A stretch of 9,320 nt of DNA from Naegleria gruberi (taxonomy: Eukaryota), in NCBI GenBank assembly GCA_000004985.1, contig GG739041.1, one strand, 5' to 3'. The notes beneath the pieces were generated by a model, which did not search any database, was not told the origin of the DNA, and saw only the letters and a list, made by a program, of their open reading frames with translations. The position numbers and the translations under genes were made by a program. Shown here piece after piece: positions 8,664 through 9,320 of this stretch; within the stretch, counting starts at the first letter, position 1, and every line of letters starts with the position of its first letter.

Positions 8664-8704
8664 GTAAGTAGTTCGATGTGTACATGTATTCTTTACCTTT
8701 ACAG
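8664..8704 (+). other. 41-nt spliceosomal intron, phase 0 (GTAAGT ... CCTTTACAG)
   Basis: GTAAGT donor at 8664-8669. Pyrimidine-rich acceptor CTTTACAG ends at 8704. Splicing joins the frame of ORF 8304.. to the frame of ORF ..9013. Without splicing, exon 1 reads through into low-complexity junk and the AT-hook frame lacks an upstream start. Confidence 0.65.
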
Positions 8705-9013
8705 AAACCTCATGTTTCGCAACATGCATCAACATCTACCAATTTTTCACATGAACACAAAATTATTAAGCCTTCCAAAATCAAATCGAGAAATAATCAA
8801 AACATCATGTCCAGAGTTCGATCAGTATCATCTACATCATCTTCATCAAGTTCTAGTACATCAAGTTCAAAAATCATAGAACAAAATCAAACGCTAAATG
8901 AAAACGAAAATGGAATTAAACTCTCTGTTGTAACAATGGATTCTTACAGGGAGGAAATGACAAAGAACTTGAATAGACCTAAACGTGGAAGAGGAAGACC
9001 CAGGAAGAATTAA
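8705..9013 (+). CDS. Exon 2 (102 codons plus stop) of the same gene: Ser-rich tract and C-terminal AT-hook RPKRGRGRPRKN. The spliced product is 222 aa.
   Basis: Translation KPHVSQHASTSTNFSHEHKIIKPSKIKSRNNQNIMSRVRSVSSTSSSSSSSTSSSKIIEQNQTLNENENGIKLSVVTMDSYREEMTKNLNRPKRGRGRPRKN*. The core GRP flanked by R/K (KRGRGRPRK) is the canonical AT-hook DNA-binding motif of HMGA-type proteins. Stop TAA at 9011-9013. Confidence 0.7.
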   Translation, partial: KPHVSQHASTSTNFSHEHKIIKPSKIKSRNNQNIMSRVRSVSSTSSSSSSSTSSSKIIEQNQTLNENENGIKLSVVTMDSYREEMTKNLNRPKRGRGRPRKN

Positions 9014-9213
9014 ACATTCAATTACATTTGTTTGAGTATTATAAATGTCAATATTCGATATACTTATTTGAAGCGGATATTCTAGATTTAGAGATATATA
9101 TTAGAATGGTAAATTTATCCTCTTCATTAGGAATATCTCTTTGTTGATTGGTATGTTAACCATTCTCCTCGCTTAAATCCATCAACACGATTAAACCTAA
9201 TCCATAACAAAAA

Positions 9214-9320
9214 AATGTCCAATAATTACAATTACATGCAACAGCAAGAGGCAGACAGTGAATTGTTTTTTTCACTGTTGAAGATTTACATTTCGCTTAT
9301 TAACAGATCAGATGAAAACA
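9214..9320 (+). CDS. Possible start of a further plus-strand gene (partial; it runs off the window end)
   Basis: ATG at 9214 in AAAAAAATG context with an in-frame TAA at 9196-9198 upstream. It is open for 35 codons to the window edge (MSNNYNYMQQQEADSELFFSLLKIYISLINRSDEN..). It starts only about 200 nt after the previous stop, is too short to judge, and was not in the ORF track. Confidence 0.2.

Noticed and set aside
8664-8704. Budding-yeast-type intron interpretation
   Set aside because: There is no TACTAAC branch-point sequence, and the donor is GTAAGT, not the GTATGT typical of budding yeast. This argues against Saccharomycotina and for a metazoan or other short-intron lineage.

Overview
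This window is eukaryotic, not prokaryotic. It is AT-rich (coding roughly 35% GC), has AATAAA poly(A) signals shortly after stop codons, A-rich context before ATGs, and one clear 41-nt spliceosomal intron (GTAAGT...CTTTACAG). That style fits a nematode or another compact AT-rich eukaryote; no TACTAAC branch point is present, so budding yeast is unlikely. Half of the window (1017..5699, 4683 N) is an assembly gap or mask. Every ORF in the supplied track that contains runs of X is an artefact of that gap, and the track also accepts TTG starts, which are not meaningful here. I can support four things in the readable 4.6 kb. (1) The 3' part of a Mn-type cation diffusion facilitator (CDF) transporter gene on the plus strand (2..793). 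(2) The 5' part of a large minus-strand gene (6703 down into the gap) with a Ser/Lys/Asn-rich N-terminus and an RGS-like (regulator of G-protein signalling) domain. (3) A 1.6-kb divergent intergenic region holding a TATA-like element, a duplicated palindromic GAATATTC site, a (TTG)6 microsatellite, and two tandem diverged ~125-nt units. Each unit begins with a near-identical 24-mer ending AAG|GT and carries a downstream complementary segment, an architecture like SL-RNA/snRNA genes or alternative leader exons. (4) A two-exon gene (8304..9013) encoding a small Q-rich, Ser-rich protein that ends in a canonical AT-hook (RPKRGRGRPRKN). I see no bacterial-style system. The candidates for something undescribed are the structured tandem units at 7980..8270 and whatever lies in the masked 4.7 kb.
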